Of a stretch of DNA of 64,000 nt, positions 12,901 through 24,934 are shown one piece after another. The translations under genes and the position numbers were made by a program. Each line of letters begins with the position of its first letter. The stretch's first letter is position 1. The notes beneath the pieces were generated by a model. The model was not told the origin of the DNA, did not search any database, and saw nothing but the letters and a program-made list of their open reading frames with translations. Source of the stretch: an uncultured Nitrospiraceae bacterium (GTDB taxonomy: Bacteria; Nitrospirota; Nitrospiria; Nitrospirales; Nitrospiraceae); contig CAWKJK010000055.1 in the NCBI GenBank assembly GCA_963849655.1, forward strand, positions 64 to 64,063, in the 5' to 3' direction.

Positions 12901-15789
12901 GATACGATCGAGGATGTTGCGGCTGTCGGCGAGGGGAACCGAATCCAATTCGGCGGAGGGATCAGCCGGAATGACCTCACCGTGGCGCATGATGAAATCG
13001 CTCGAACGTTCACTATTCAAGTCGGCACGAGCGGGACAGATCGACTGGTACTGAACAATTTCGATCTCACAGGGGCGAACGGTTCGCTGGTGGCGGAGAC
13101 CTTAGTCTTTGCGGATGGCAGCACGACAAGTATCAACAGTTTCTTCGGACCGACCATCACCAAAGGGAACGACACGATCACGACCGGAGCCGGAGACGAT
13201 GTGATCGATGCGCTTGGTGGCGATGATCTCGTGGATGCCGGTGCCGGCAACGACATCATTACCGGAGGAGTCGGGGACGATACGCTTCTGGGCGGTCCCG
13301 GCGATGACACCTATGTCTATAACATTGGTGACGGCGTCGACACGATCGATGATGCGAGCCTACCTAACGGTACCAATACTCTCGAATTTGGTGCGGGGAT
13401 CGCTCCCGCTGATCTCAGCCTGGATGTAGGTTCGCTGCTGATGCGGATCGGGACCGGCGGCGCTCTTCATCTGTCCAATTTCGATCCAAACAATGTGTCG
13501 GGACCGCGCGCGATTGAAACCTTCCGATTTGCCGATGGTACCGTCCTGTCCTATGACCAGCTTGTCCAACGAGGGTTTGATCTGACGGGGACCGACGGCA
13601 ATGATTCCATCACCGGTACGAATGTCGTTGATCGGATCACAGCTCTCGCAGGGGATGATACCTTGGCCGGTGGGCGCGGCAACGATGTACTGACGGGCGG
13701 TTCCGGCAACGATACCTACATCTTCAACATCGGAGATGGGAGCGACACGATTGATGATACGGTGCTGCTCGGCACTGGGAATCGAATTCGATTCGGGACC
13801 GGCATCAGTCACAACGACTTGCGCTTCACGCAGGGCGAGGCCGCGCACACCCTGACCATTCACGTCGGGACCGACGGGACCGATCGACTCGTGCTTGCCG
13901 ATTTTGATCCCCGTGGCACGAACGGTTCTCTGGTGGTATCGACACTGGAGTTTGCCGACGGGAACGTGGTGAACCTGATTGACCTCTATCCTCCGAATCA
14001 TGCTCCGATGGTGGCTGTTCCAACGGCAAACCAGATTGCAGCTGAAGATTCATCGTTCTTTTTTACGATTCCGAGTACCACCTTCACCGATCCCGATCAG
14101 ATCCACGGCGATGAGTTGTCCTATGAAGCGACGGTAGCCACGGACAGCCCGCTGCCGGCATGGCTGGGTTTCGATCCGATCACCCGCACGTTCAGCGGTA
14201 CGCCAGGTGCCGGCGATGCCGGTGTGCTGCAGCTTGCCGTCACTGCCACAGACCAGGGCCATCTCAGCGCGACCGATTCCTTCACGCTCTCCATCTCTGG
14301 TCCCCTGCCACAAACACGCGTTGGCACGGTGGAAAATGATGTGCTGCTCAGCGGCCGAGGCGACGATACGTTGCGTGGGCTGGCAGGGAGCGATCAGTTA
14401 CATGGCGGGCAGGGCCATGATCTGCTTGATGGAGGATCCGGCACAGACACGATGCGGGGCGGGCTCGGCGACGATATCTATGTTGTGGATATCGCCGGTG
14501 ATGTCGTGACCGAATTGGTTGACGAGGGCACCGATACGGTGCAGACCCCGCTCCTCAGCTACACATTGGATGTGAATGTTGAGAACCTGACACTGACAGG
14601 GACGGGGCCGAGCATGGGCATCGGCAATGCTTTGAGCAATCAATTGACAGGCAACAGCGATGCCAACCTGCTGGATGGGAAGGCAGGGGCCGACACGATG
14701 GTCGGGGGCGCAGGGAACGACCTGTATGTGGTGGATGAGACAGGCGATGTCGTGACTGAAGCGACAAACGAAGGCGTCGACACGATCTTCAGCTCCGTGA
14801 CGTATGGTCTCGGGGTGAATGTAGAAAACCTCGTCTTGACGGGCTCTGCGGCGATCGACGGAACCGGAAACGATCTCGACAACCGGCTCACGGGCAATAG
14901 TGAGGCTAACATACTGACGGGGCTGGCGGGTAACGACAGCTATGTGATCGGCGGCGGCGATACGGTCGTCGAAGCGGCGGACAACGGCACGGACACGGTG
15001 ATCAGCAGCCATACCCACACTCTCGCAGCTAACGTGGAACATCTCACCCTTGTCGGTTTCAACCCGATTAATGGAACCGGAAACGGTCTGGACAATGTGC
15101 TCAACGGGTTGCTCAATCTTGCGGGCAATACCTTAGCAGGAGGAGCCGGCAACGATACGTACGTCCTGGGTTCTGGCGACAGGGTGGTGGAGGCCGCGGA
15201 TGGGGGAACGGATACGGTTCAGACCAGCCTGTCCCATGCCCTCGGTGCCAACGTGGAACATCTCACATTGACAGGAATCAGTGCCATCAATGGAACGGGC
15301 AATTCGCTCAATAATACGCTCACCGGCAACGGTGCCAACAATGTCCTTAACGGCGGAAACGGCAACGACATACTATCCGGCGAACTGGGAAACGACGTGC
15401 TCATCGGAGGGACAGGGAGCGATACCTTCCTGTTCTCTCGCGGTGAGGGACAAGATGTGGTGCGAGACAATAGCGGGTCGGCGGACCAGATTCTGTATGA
15501 TGCCGACATCAATCCTCTTGATCTCGTGATCAGCCGTCAGGCTCATGACCTCCGGCTTGCCATGCATGGTTCGGCAGATCAAGTGACGATGAAAGACTGG
15601 TACCTCAGTGGCCGTAATCGAATTGAGACGATTCAGACGGGCAACGGCGAAATTCTGCTCAGTACACAAGTGGACCAGCTCATCCAGGCGATGGCGGCTT
15701 TTACGCAGCAGACCGGTCTCACCTGGGATCAAGCGATCGATCAGCGGCCGCAGGATGTGCAGACCGTGTTAGCAGCCAGCTGGCAATAG
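3967..15789 (+). CDS. Giant RTX (hemolysin-type Ca-binding) protein, ~3,900 aa if joined, with an N-terminal alpha/beta-hydrolase (lipase) domain and an Ig/cadherin-like domain; split by probable indels near 6550-6600 and 8760
   Basis: GFSLGG at 4444-4461; dozens of GGxGxDxL nonapeptides; He_PIG/cadherin-like segment LPAWLGFDPITRTFSGTP at ~13996-14298; C-terminal QVDQLIQAMAAF typical of RTX proteins; no N-terminal signal peptide; repeats continue across ORFs 3967-6597, 6597-8831 and 8752-15789. Confidence 0.9.
5815..15430 (+). repeat. Intragenic RTX nonapeptide arrays and 11 copies of a (N)VE(N/H)LxL...(N)GxGNxLxN module
   Basis: Counted in the translations; copies are diverged at DNA level. 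Confidence 0.85.
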
Positions 15790-15826
15790 ATGCTGAGTAG
15801 GACTGGCTCAGGTTCAGACAGCCGAT

Positions 15827-16303
15827 CTAATCACTGGGAGGTTCGAAGTGTCCCGAAGGGCGTTGTTGCCACGGTACGGTCGCTTGCCGAGATTGTTTCA
15901 CCAAACTGCGCAAACTCATTTCAGCGGCCCGCAAGAGCTTTGGATCGCCCGCTTGTATGAGTGTCGTCAAAAGGACATAGAGTGATCGATCGGTGTGAGA
16001 CCCGGCCAAGATTCGATCCGTCACCGGATTAAACTGAGACCTGTCCGGCTCTTCATCCTCCGCTGAGTCTGTGAACAGATATTCGAAGGACTGGGGATTG
16101 TCGAACAGCCAAGACGGAGGTACGCGGAGTGCGGAAGCAAGAGCTTCAATCATGGCCGTCGTGGGGTCAGTCTGATCCGCTTCGATCTGTTCGAGGAGCG
16201 CATTGGGAATTCGTGCCGCGTCTGATAACGATTCGATGGATTGGTTTTTGTAGAGCCTCCAGCTCTGGATACACAGCCCTATCGACATGAGGGTATGATA
16301 CAC
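15827..16303 (-). CDS. XRE-family helix-turn-helix transcriptional regulator
   Basis: N-terminal HTH_3-like segment (IQSWRLYKNQSIESLSDAARIPNALLEQIEADQTDPT...LASALRVPPSWLF); start may be 16288. Confidence 0.8.
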   Translation of the reverse strand: MYHTLMSIGLCIQSWRLYKNQSIESLSDAARIPNALLEQIEADQTDPTTAMIEALASALRVPPSWLFDNPQSFEYLFTDSAEDEEPDRSQFNPVTDRILAGSHTDRSLYVLLTTLIQAGDPKLLRAAEMSLRSLVKQSRQATVPWQQRPSGHFEPPSD

Positions 16304-16449
16304 AATGAAGGGGGGAGCTTCAATAAATCGTCTGATGAAAATGAGATTTATAAAATAAAATCAATACATTAGGGGCTATTTAAAGATCAGGCATGAAATC
16401 GGTATAATGTTGACGCCAGTTTCATTGCGTCGTAAGGAGGTGGGGAGCT

Positions 16450-16791
16450 ATGTTAGGAACCGATATTCGAGGCATCATGGCTGAAGAAGAAGAGGTCCAG
16501 CGCCGTCAAGAGGCCCTTAAATCTCTCATGACGATGAGGGCCAGGCAACTTCGAGAATCCCTGGAGGATCGAATCAAGCGTGCTAGGAGCAGCGGAGACT
16601 GGACACAGCTGTCCAAGGCAGAATGCGCAAATCTGCATAAGCGGGAAAAAGCCCACTTGAAGTCTCAGCTTGAACAGTTGCAGTTTGAGCAAACTCGGAC
16701 TCGGGGAAAATTGACTGCACTGAAGCGAGCCAAGGCAAGGGCGCAGCGTATCCGTGCTGCGGAAGCCGCTTCCGAACGAAGACGCCGGTGA
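16450..16791 (+). CDS. Hypothetical coiled-coil, highly charged protein (113 aa)
   Basis: AAGGAGG RBS; TATAAT at 16403-16408; E/R/K/Q-rich heptad pattern. Confidence 0.75.
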   Translation: MLGTDIRGIMAEEEEVQRRQEALKSLMTMRARQLRESLEDRIKRARSSGDWTQLSKAECANLHKREKAHLKSQLEQLQFEQTRTRGKLTALKRAKARAQRIRAAEAASERRRR

Positions 16792-16852
16792 TCGATTGCG
16801 GCGGCTGACTTGAGTGTTTGCTTCAGCGAGATGATGGGGGTATACGGGTCTC

Positions 16853-17699
16853 GTGGGTGCAGTGCAGCGTCTACCGGTTCTCACTCGTGCACAGGCATCG
16901 CTGATCCGGCAACTGCTTCGCGATAAGCGAACCAGATCCAGAGAAAGAGCCTTTGTTCTTGAAGGGGCCAAGTCCTGTCTGGATCTGATCTCTCAGTACC
17001 CACAGTCTATTCTCACCGTGATCGTATCGCCGCGTTTTCTCTGTGCCGAGACCGAGGCAGACCGAAGGGCGCGCACAAAATTACCTGTGCGCCAGTTTAT
17101 TTGCCTAGACACCGGCTTTGAAAAACTCACCGATGTGGAGGCGCCGCAAGGGATTCTGGCCGTCGTGCGACAACCTATATGGGACGAGGCGCAGGTGTTC
17201 AGGCGAACGAGCGCGTTGGGCATCTATGGAGATCGGTTACAAGATCCGGCCAATGTCGGCGCGATCATCCGGACCGCCGCAGCCTTGAGCCTATCCGGAG
17301 TTTGGTTAAGCGCCGATTCCACGGGATCCTTTCAGCCCTAAGGTTGTCCGTGCCACGGCCGGCGCCATCCTGAGCCTTCCGGTCTTTCATGCTCAGGGCT
17401 TTCAGGCATTCTCTTCGTATGGATGTGAAATCTACTCGGCGGTCTTGGCTTCGGCTGATAGAGTTCCCATCAGGAATATTCGGACAATACCCAGCCGCCT
17501 CATGATTGCGGTCGGAAACGAGGGAGCGGGGTTGGACCCGGACATCGTGAAGGCGTCCAGCGTCAAGTTCTCCATTCCATTGGCCGAAGGGGTGGAGTCG
17601 TTGAATGTCGCTGCGACAGCGGCGGTTCTGAGCATTCTACTTCAGCGGATTGCGACTCGATTCTCAAGTCCGATCGGAGATGCCGCAATGTTCGGCTAG
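16853..17699 (+). CDS. TrmH/SpoU-family RNA 2'-O-methyltransferase (frameshifted)
   Basis: FVLEG, PQGILAV, LQDPANVGAIIRTAAA, VGNEGAGL and ESLNVAA motifs. Confidence 0.88.
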
Positions 17700-17760
17700 C
17701 CATTCTGAAAATAACCCATCTCCAGCCTACTCTGCTTCGGCAATTCATGAGACTTTGGAG

Positions 17761-19032
17761 GTGACAAATGGGAGGATAGTTTTCGCTCTCATATATGGAA
17801 TGAGCATCGGGCTTGGTTGGCGACAGCTTCTGCGGAATCCGCGGGACAGATGTCCAACCTTCTCGACATGATCGTGAATCTGGCGATGGCAGAAATCCTG
17901 TCATCTCATTGGCCGAAGGGAATATTGATCAGCATAAAGGCCAACAGACGACGGCCGGTGCTTATCCGAACCCGAGTGTGACCGCCTACGGCGGCCATGG
18001 GGAGCTACGAGACGTAGGTCGCGCCGGCATCGGGCCGTTTCTCGATCGCACGTCGCTCACCGAATACAACGTGGTTGTGGGGCAGCCGGTCGAGTGGCCG
18101 GCCATGCGGGCCGCACGGCAACAAGTGGCGGATCTCTGGGGTGGCGACCGCCAACGTCGGCATGTTGGAGACTCGATTGAATTTGGCGTCTCAAGTGAAG
18201 GTGTCCTTCTATGATCTGTTGCTGGCTCAGCAGGGCGCCGATCTCGCGCGCCAGAACTTTGACATCGTCGAGGGTGTGGCAAGGATTGTCGGCGCGCGGG
18301 TCAAATCAGGTGAAGCCCCTCAATTTGAATCCATCAAGGCAGAGGTGGAAGTCCTGAAGGCTCGGCAGCAACTCGTACGTGCGGATAATCTTGTTCGGGT
18401 CAACCGCGTCACCGTTGACACCTTGACGGGTGGTGCGCTCGGGCCGGCTTATATGGTCTACGGCGAATTCAGGATACTCCCTCGCAATCTGGGGGTCGAA
18501 GGACTCATGACTCGCATGATGGAGCAGCATCCGACCATCCAACGCTTGCTGAAGTCCGTGGAGCAGTCTGACTGGAAGATTGAATTCGAACGGCAGGCGC
18601 GGGTGCCGACTCTCACCGTCAACGGCAGTTATTGGCGCGAGATCGGACGATCAGCGGCTCAAGGGGGCCTCTCTGTTCCACTGCCGCTCTGGTACCGGCG
18701 TCAGGGAGAAATTGCTTCCTGGTTAAGCGTCGTGAGGAAGCCGAGCTGCTCCGGATGCGTAACGAACTGGGGCGAGCCGTCTATCAACACTATCAGGATG
18801 TCCGCACCACGGCGGAGTTGATTGATGTGTTCGATAAAGGGTTGCTGAAGCAGGGCCAGGAGGCTCTGCGGCTTGCACAGTTTAGTTTCCAGCAGGGAGC
18901 TTCCAGCTTACTCGAAGTATTTGATGCACAACGTGTACAACGGCAGATCCTACTGGACTATGCTCAAGCACGGCACGACCTCTCTGTTTCGCTGGCTCGG
19001 CTTGAACAGGCAGTGGGGGGGGGACATTGTGA
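17761..19032 (+). CDS. czcC: TolC/CzcC-family outer membrane efflux protein (frameshifted)
   Basis: YPNPSV, RVKSGEAP, LSVPLPLW and QGASSLLEVFDAQR motifs; upstream of MFP and RND genes. Confidence 0.85.
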
Positions 19033-19198
19033 AAGACCCATTCGGTTCAATGGGAGATCCGTCGTTATCCATCGGACGGGGCATGTGTAGTCTTCTGTTC
19101 GGTTTGATGACGATGGAATCAGGCTATGAAGGCCATGCCCAGGATTGGTTTGATCGGTCCATTTCACCGGTGCGACTCGAGCGGGGGATGGGAGGATT

Positions 19199-20409
19199 GT
19201 GAGTGAGGAAAGATCATCGGTCGATCAGACTGATTCACGTCTCACCTGTTTTGTCGTCGGTCTCATGACCGCGGGTAGCGGTTGCGATTTTCCTGCTTCC
19301 GGGGACGCGGCTTTGAAGCCTCCGGTCCCGAAACCGGGCCGAGGGAATAGTCCGATTGCCGGACGATCGGGTCGCCGGCGCGGAATAGAGGTCCATCCCG
19401 TCGCTCGCAAGGAATTTCGAACCCATCGAGATTTCCCCGGCACGATAGCGCCGAACCACCACGCCTTGGCGGAAGTGACGACGCTGGTACGTGGACGGGT
19501 CGTAGACGTGTATGCGGATCTAGGCCAACAGGTCAAAGCGGGTGAGCTGCTCGCTCTCTTATACAGCGGCGAATTGGGTATGGCGCAATCGGCTTATCTG
19601 AAGGCGGATGCCAGGCTGTACGTCGCTGAACAATCCTATGAACGGGCAAAGATGCTGTTGGTGGAAAAAGTCATCGGCTTGGCTGAGTCTCAACGGCGTA
19701 AGGGAGAAATGCTCAGCACTCGCGCGGAAAAACGAGAAGCTCGGGATCGGTTGGAGCTGTATGGAATGTCGGAGAAGCAGATTCGCCAACTCGATGGCGA
19801 CCACTCGATTCGATCGCTCGTGTCGATCGTGGCGCCGTTCGATGGCCGGGTGATCGCTCGGAATCTGACCAAAGGAGAGGTCGTCGAGACGACAGAGAAG
19901 TTGTTCACCGTCGCGGATCTTTCGGAGGTATGGGTGCTTGCCAACATTCCTGAAAAGGACATTCCGTTATCCGCACTGACCTGACTACGGAAGATCAGGT
20001 CGCTCGAAGTACTCGTCAACGCCTATCCGAACCGAGTCTTTCACGGAAAAATCACGTATGTCGGCGACGTGCTCGATGTCGCCACGAGGACGATGAATCT
20101 GCGGCTTGAATTGCCCAATCCGGACAAAAAACTGAAGCCGGAAATGTTCGCGACGATTCGGGTATATTCCGAGCCGGAGCCGAACGTCTTGGTCGTGGCG
20201 GAAGCCGCCGTCCAGCGAGATCGGGAAAGAAAATTCGTGTTTGTGCAACGTGAGCCGAGCGTCTTCGAGGCCCGCGAGGTGAAACTGGGCGATTCCAACG
20301 GCCGTGAGGTCAAGGTGTTGGATGGGCTCCGAGAAGGAGAATCGGTTGTGACGAAGGGCGCGTTTGTTCTCAAGTCCGAGCTTCTCGGGGAGCAGGTCCA
20401 GCCGGATGC
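19199..20409 (+). CDS. czcB: CzcB-family periplasmic adaptor (MFP), frameshifted; end approximate
   Basis: GQQVKAGELLA, IVAPFDGRVI, VADLSEVWV, LKPEMFA and GLREGESVVTKGAFVL motifs. Confidence 0.88.
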
Positions 20410-23400
20410 TCGCTTCCATTCTGTGGAGTTCTTCTCTCCGTCAGCGTGTTCTCGTCGTCGCGCTGACCTGCCTGTCTTGGCGCCGGAGGCTTCTATGCCT
20501 TTCGGACCATCGCGATCGATGCCTTTCCCGATGTGACCACGGTCTTGGTCCAAGTGGTGACGAAGGCTCCGGGGCTTTCACCCGCCGAAATCGAACGCTT
20601 CGTGACGTTTCCCATCGAGTTCCAATTGATCGGGGCTCCGGGACTCACCGATATCCGATCGTTGTCCAAGGTCGGCCTTGTCCATGATTACCGTGTCTTT
20701 CGAGACGACATCGATATTTATCTGGCTCGCCAAGTCGTCCTCGAACGCGTGCTCGAGGTTCAGGAACTGCTCCCACCGGGGGCCGATTTCGCAGCTTGGT
20801 TCCGAACTCGACCGGGTTGGGAGAGGTCTATCAGTTTTATCTGGAAGGTCCTCACGACAATCGAGCCTGGGTTCGTCGATTACGGAGGCGGAGCTGATGG
20901 AACGGCGGACGCTTGAAGACTGGGTGATCCGACCCCTGCTCAAGGGCACTGCCGGACGTTGTGGACGTCAATTCGATGGGGGGTTTCGTCAAGCAGTACC
21001 AGGTCATGGTCGAACCAGGATTGCTCCGGAAGTACGATCTTGCGCTGCACGACGTGTTTGCTGCCGTCGCCCAAAACAATGCCAATGCCGGAGGCAACAT
21101 TCTTGAGAAGGACGGCGAGAAGTATGTGGTCCGCGGGAGTCGGGCTCATTAAGACTCTGGAAGATATTGGGAATATCGTCGTCAAAGAGGCGCATGGAAC
21201 GCCGGTCTACGTCCGTGACGTGGCGGAGGTGCGGATCGGTCACGCGGTTCGGCATGGCGCCGTCGTCGTCAACGGTAACCGTGAAGTGGTCGCCGGCATT
21301 GTCTTGATGCTCCGAGGCGGCAATGCCAGAGACGTGGTGCAATCCATCAAGGACAAGGTGGAGGAGATCCACAAAAAGGCATTTTGCCAGGCGGCCTGCG
21401 CATCGTGCCGTTTTATGACCGCATCGAACTGATTACCGCGGCGCTTAAACACGGTGTATAAGGCACTGATGGAAGGCATCGTCCTGGTGGTGGTGATTTT
21501 ATTCTTGTTTCTTGGCAACGTGCGCAGCGCGCTCGATCGTGACCGCCACGTTGATCGTGACGCCGCTGGTCACCTTTATCGTCATGGATCAGGTGGGGCT
21601 GACGGCCAATCTCATGTCGCTCGGCGGGCTGGTCATCGCGGTCGGGATGATGGTGGACGGCTCCGTCGTCGTCGTCGAGAACGTCTATCGCCATCTATCT
21701 GAACATCGCGGGTCTCAGGGGGACCGAGCCGGCGCTCATCATCCGAGGCAGTGACCGAAGTGGGGCAACCCGTCATTTTCGGGATTCTGATCATCATTCT
21801 TGTCTTCCTGCCGATCCTGACGTTGCAGGGCATGGAAGGAAAAATGTTCCAGCCGTTGGCGTATACGATCATGATCGCGCTGGTGGTGTCGTTGGCCTTT
21901 TCGCTGACGTTGTCTCCGGTGCTCTGCGCCATGGCGCTGAACAAGGGGAGCGAAGAGGATCACCTGGCTGTTGCGGTCGATCAAACGCGCGTACCTTCCC
22001 ACGCTGAATTGGGCCATGGCACATCGCCGAACGGTCTTGACTGAGTGCGTTGGTGCTTCTCGGAGCCAGTCTTGTCGCTGTTTCCGTTCCTGGGAGGGGA
22101 GTTCATCCCGATCCTCAACGAAGCGGCCATCTCTCCGCAAACGATCCGGTACCGAGTATGGCATTGGACCAATCCATCGAGATCGAGAAGCAAATGCAGC
22201 GGGCCGTGCTCGATCTGCCAGAAGTTCGGATGGTGGTCTCCAAGATCGGGCGCACTGAGCTTGGAAACGACCCCCAGGAACCGAACGCCAGCGATCCGGT
22301 GATCAGCCTGATCCCGATAGATCAATGGACGACCGCCAAAACCAAGGCGGAACTCGATGATGTCGTCCGCAAACGCATTGAGAAGGTACCTGGCGCGAAC
22401 TTCCTCCTGAGCCAGCCGATTCAGCAGCGGGTTGACGAGCTGGTCTCAGGAGTCCGATCTGAAGCGACGGTGAAAGTTCTCGGCGACGACCTGAAAATGT
22501 TGAGAACGCTTGCAGAACAGGTTCAGGCGATCATGAGCACCACACGAGGCGTCGGCGATATTCGCGTCGAGCAATTGTTCGGTCAGACCTATCTGACGAT
22601 CGATATCAATCGCAGCAAGATCGCCCGGTACGGTATTAATGTCGCGCATATTCAGGAAATCATCACGACGGCGATCGGCCAAGAAGCGGCCACTCGTGTC
22701 TATGAGGGGCAAAAGCGCTTTGATTTGACGTTCCGGTACCCCGAAAAATACCGGAACAGCGTCGAGACGATCAGCAATATTCTCCTGACGACGCCCACCG
22801 GGGCGCTGATTCCGCTCGGCGATCTCGCCACGATCGAGCTACGCGAAGGACCCGCCCTGATCAGCCGGGAAGGACTGCAACGACGGATCTACGTGGGGTT
22901 CAACACGGTCGGGCGCGACATCGAGAGTATCGTTGCGGAAGCTCAAGCCAGGATCAACAAGGAGATCAAACTCCCGTCTGGCTACCAGATCATCTGGGGT
23001 GGCTCCTTCGAGAACATGCAGCGAGCGATGGCGAGGCTCAGAATCATCCTGCCGATCACCATTGGTTTGATTTTCTTGCTGTTGTTCGCCTCGTTCAATT
23101 CGCTGCGACATGCGGCGCTGATCATCTTGAACCTGCCGTTCGCGCTGATCGGAGGCATCGTCGCCCTCTGGCTGACGGGAGAATATCTCAGCGTGCCGGC
23201 GTCAGTCGGCTTCATCAATCTCTTCGGCGTGGCGGTGTTGAACGGGATTGTGCTCGTTTCCTATATGAATAAACTTCGAGAGGACGGCCATAGTTTAGAC
23301 GACGCCGTCACCTCAGGCGCGCTGCTTCGGCTTCGTCCCGTCTTGATGACGGCATTGGTTGCACTCTTGGGGTTAGTCCCCCTGGCGTTTGCCAACGGGA

Positions 23401-23648
23401 TCGGCTCGGAGGTGCAGCGTCCGTTGGCGGTGGTCGTTATCGGCGGCCTCGTGAGTTCGACGCTGCTGACCTTGATCATGCTGCCGGTCCTCTACCGGTG
23501 GCTCGAAGGCCGCTCGGAGGACCCGATGCGTCGAGGGGACCCACAAACCGAATCGACAGTTGATGGACACCAAACAGCGGGCGAAGCTCCTCATGGTAAC
23601 GGCGAACCACGCTTCTCTCACCGCCCCGGTGAGATACCATCGATGTGA
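20406..23648 (+). CDS. czcA: CzcA/CusA-family heavy-metal efflux RND permease (several frameshifts in the 5' half)
   Basis: IDAFPDVT, TANLMSLGG, GMMVDGSVVVVEN, EGKMFQPLA, GVAVLNG, RLRPVLMTA and GSEVQRPLA motifs. Confidence 0.93.
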
Positions 23649-23834
23649 TGGGTGAATCGACTGGCAAGGGGATTCGCCTTGATCCAGCCGAATCCGCGAC
23701 TCGAACCACGCGTCAGTTTCCCGTCAAAACCAATCGCGCAGATGTCTCAAGGCATTCTTTGCCGGAGGTTGAGCCGGGTGGACGTTACCGGTATTGCCGA
23801 TATCGTCGTTGCAATTGTAGTGGCTGGACTGGAA

Positions 23835-23910
23835 TGGTGCCGAGGGACAGAATCGAACTGTCGACACCAGCCTTTTCAGGGCTGTGCTCTGCCAACTGAG
23901 CTACCTCGGC
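23835..23910 (-). tRNA. tRNA-Phe (GAA)
   Basis: Reverse complement GCCGAGGTAGCTCAGTTGGCAGAGCACAGCCCTGAAAAGGCTGGTGTCGACAGTTCGATTCTGTCCCTCGGCACCA: 76 nt, cloverleaf, anticodon GAA, encoded CCA. Confidence 0.97.
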
Positions 23911-24150
23911 ACAGGAGGGATTCGATCGTTCAGCGCTGGATGGTTCCCATATTCGCGTGGCCTGCCAACATCCGGTGTATCTTACCAAGGTCGTACATCC
24001 GACTTCCACATCTTTTGCGCGCATGCATCGTTTCTTGTCGGCGTACTACTTGTAAGAGTTTCGTCGCGTGTTGCAAGTGACGCAATGAGCACACAGGGTA
24101 GAAGGCTCATGGCCTGGAGAAGCGGTAGTTGGAGCATAGGGGTTGGGTTG

Positions 24151-24835
24151 TTAGACGGGCGTGGTGCGGAACTGATGCGCGTGGACCAGGAGCTTTTGTC
24201 GATTGGGCACGCCGACCTTATCGAAAATGCTCGTCATGTGATGCCGGACCGTACTGTCGCTAATCGACAGCTTGTAGGCGATGTCTTTGTTGGAGAGTCC
24301 TTGCCCCACCAATCGGATGATCTCGCGTTCCCGCTCGGTCAAGGCGTCGGGCCATGCCCGGCCGCGGTGGGTCGAGGTCCACCTTCTTCGTGAGGGCGGG
24401 CCCGAGACCCATCTTTCCCGCGCTATCCCGTTCCAGAGAGGCCATGGGCTTCGCGAGGGCAAACAGCGCCTCGATCACCGCCAGCACGACTTCCGGCGGT
24501 TGAACCTTGAGAATGATGCCGTCGACGCCGACGGCAAACGCCTCGCGGGTGCGGCCCTGGTCCTCGAGCCCGCATAACAACACGATCTTACTGGTCGGGG
24601 CGGATTCCCGAATATGTTCGATAGTGCCGAGGACGTTGCGTTCGGTCTCCAGATCCAGGATGAACACGTCGGGGCGGCTCTCCGCCGGGAGCAGGTCAGA
24701 GGGCCTTCCCAGATGCGGGTGCACGACCATCGGGACGGTAACGCTGCTCTCAAGAATTTTCTGCAGGCCCAACCACACGAGGCATTGACTGCTGAGAATC
24801 GCAATTGTGAGTGTCGGCATCGCGGCGCTGGGCAT
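24151..24835 (-). CDS. NarL/LuxR-family response regulator (REC-like + HTH), one frameshift
   Basis: RPDVFILDL, GVDGIILK, then LTEREREIIRLVGQGLSNKDIAYKLSISDSTVRHHMTSIFDKVGV. Confidence 0.9.
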
Positions 24836-24934
24836 ACTGCCTCCCGGTTCAAGATCGAAGACTCGTTACTATTAAGACTGTCCATCAGGGGTTTCGATCG
24901 TTCCGTGTCCATGTGCAAGGACTCCGACCTCTGC

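Noticed and set aside
5815-15430. CRISPR array or non-coding tandem repeat
   Set aside because: The repeats are in-frame, synonymously diverged RTX coding repeats without a repeat-spacer structure.
19015-19023. G9 tract at the end of czcC as a phase-variation switch
   Set aside because: It lies in the last codons of the gene and is best explained as a homopolymer error in an indel-rich assembly.
17761-19032. TolC-like gene as the T1SS channel for the RTX protein
   Set aside because: Its sequence and context are CzcC-type, followed by MFP and heavy-metal RND genes rather than an ABC transporter.
23835-23910. tRNA-Phe as integration site of a genomic island
   Set aside because: No integrase in the window and no duplicate of the tRNA 3' end was noticed; the EPS locus lies on the tRNA's 5' side.
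24121-24132. ops-like sequence AGCGGTAGTTGG
   Set aside because: It is over 1.2 kb from the NusG paralog, beyond the divergent regulator, so it is not in the operon leader.
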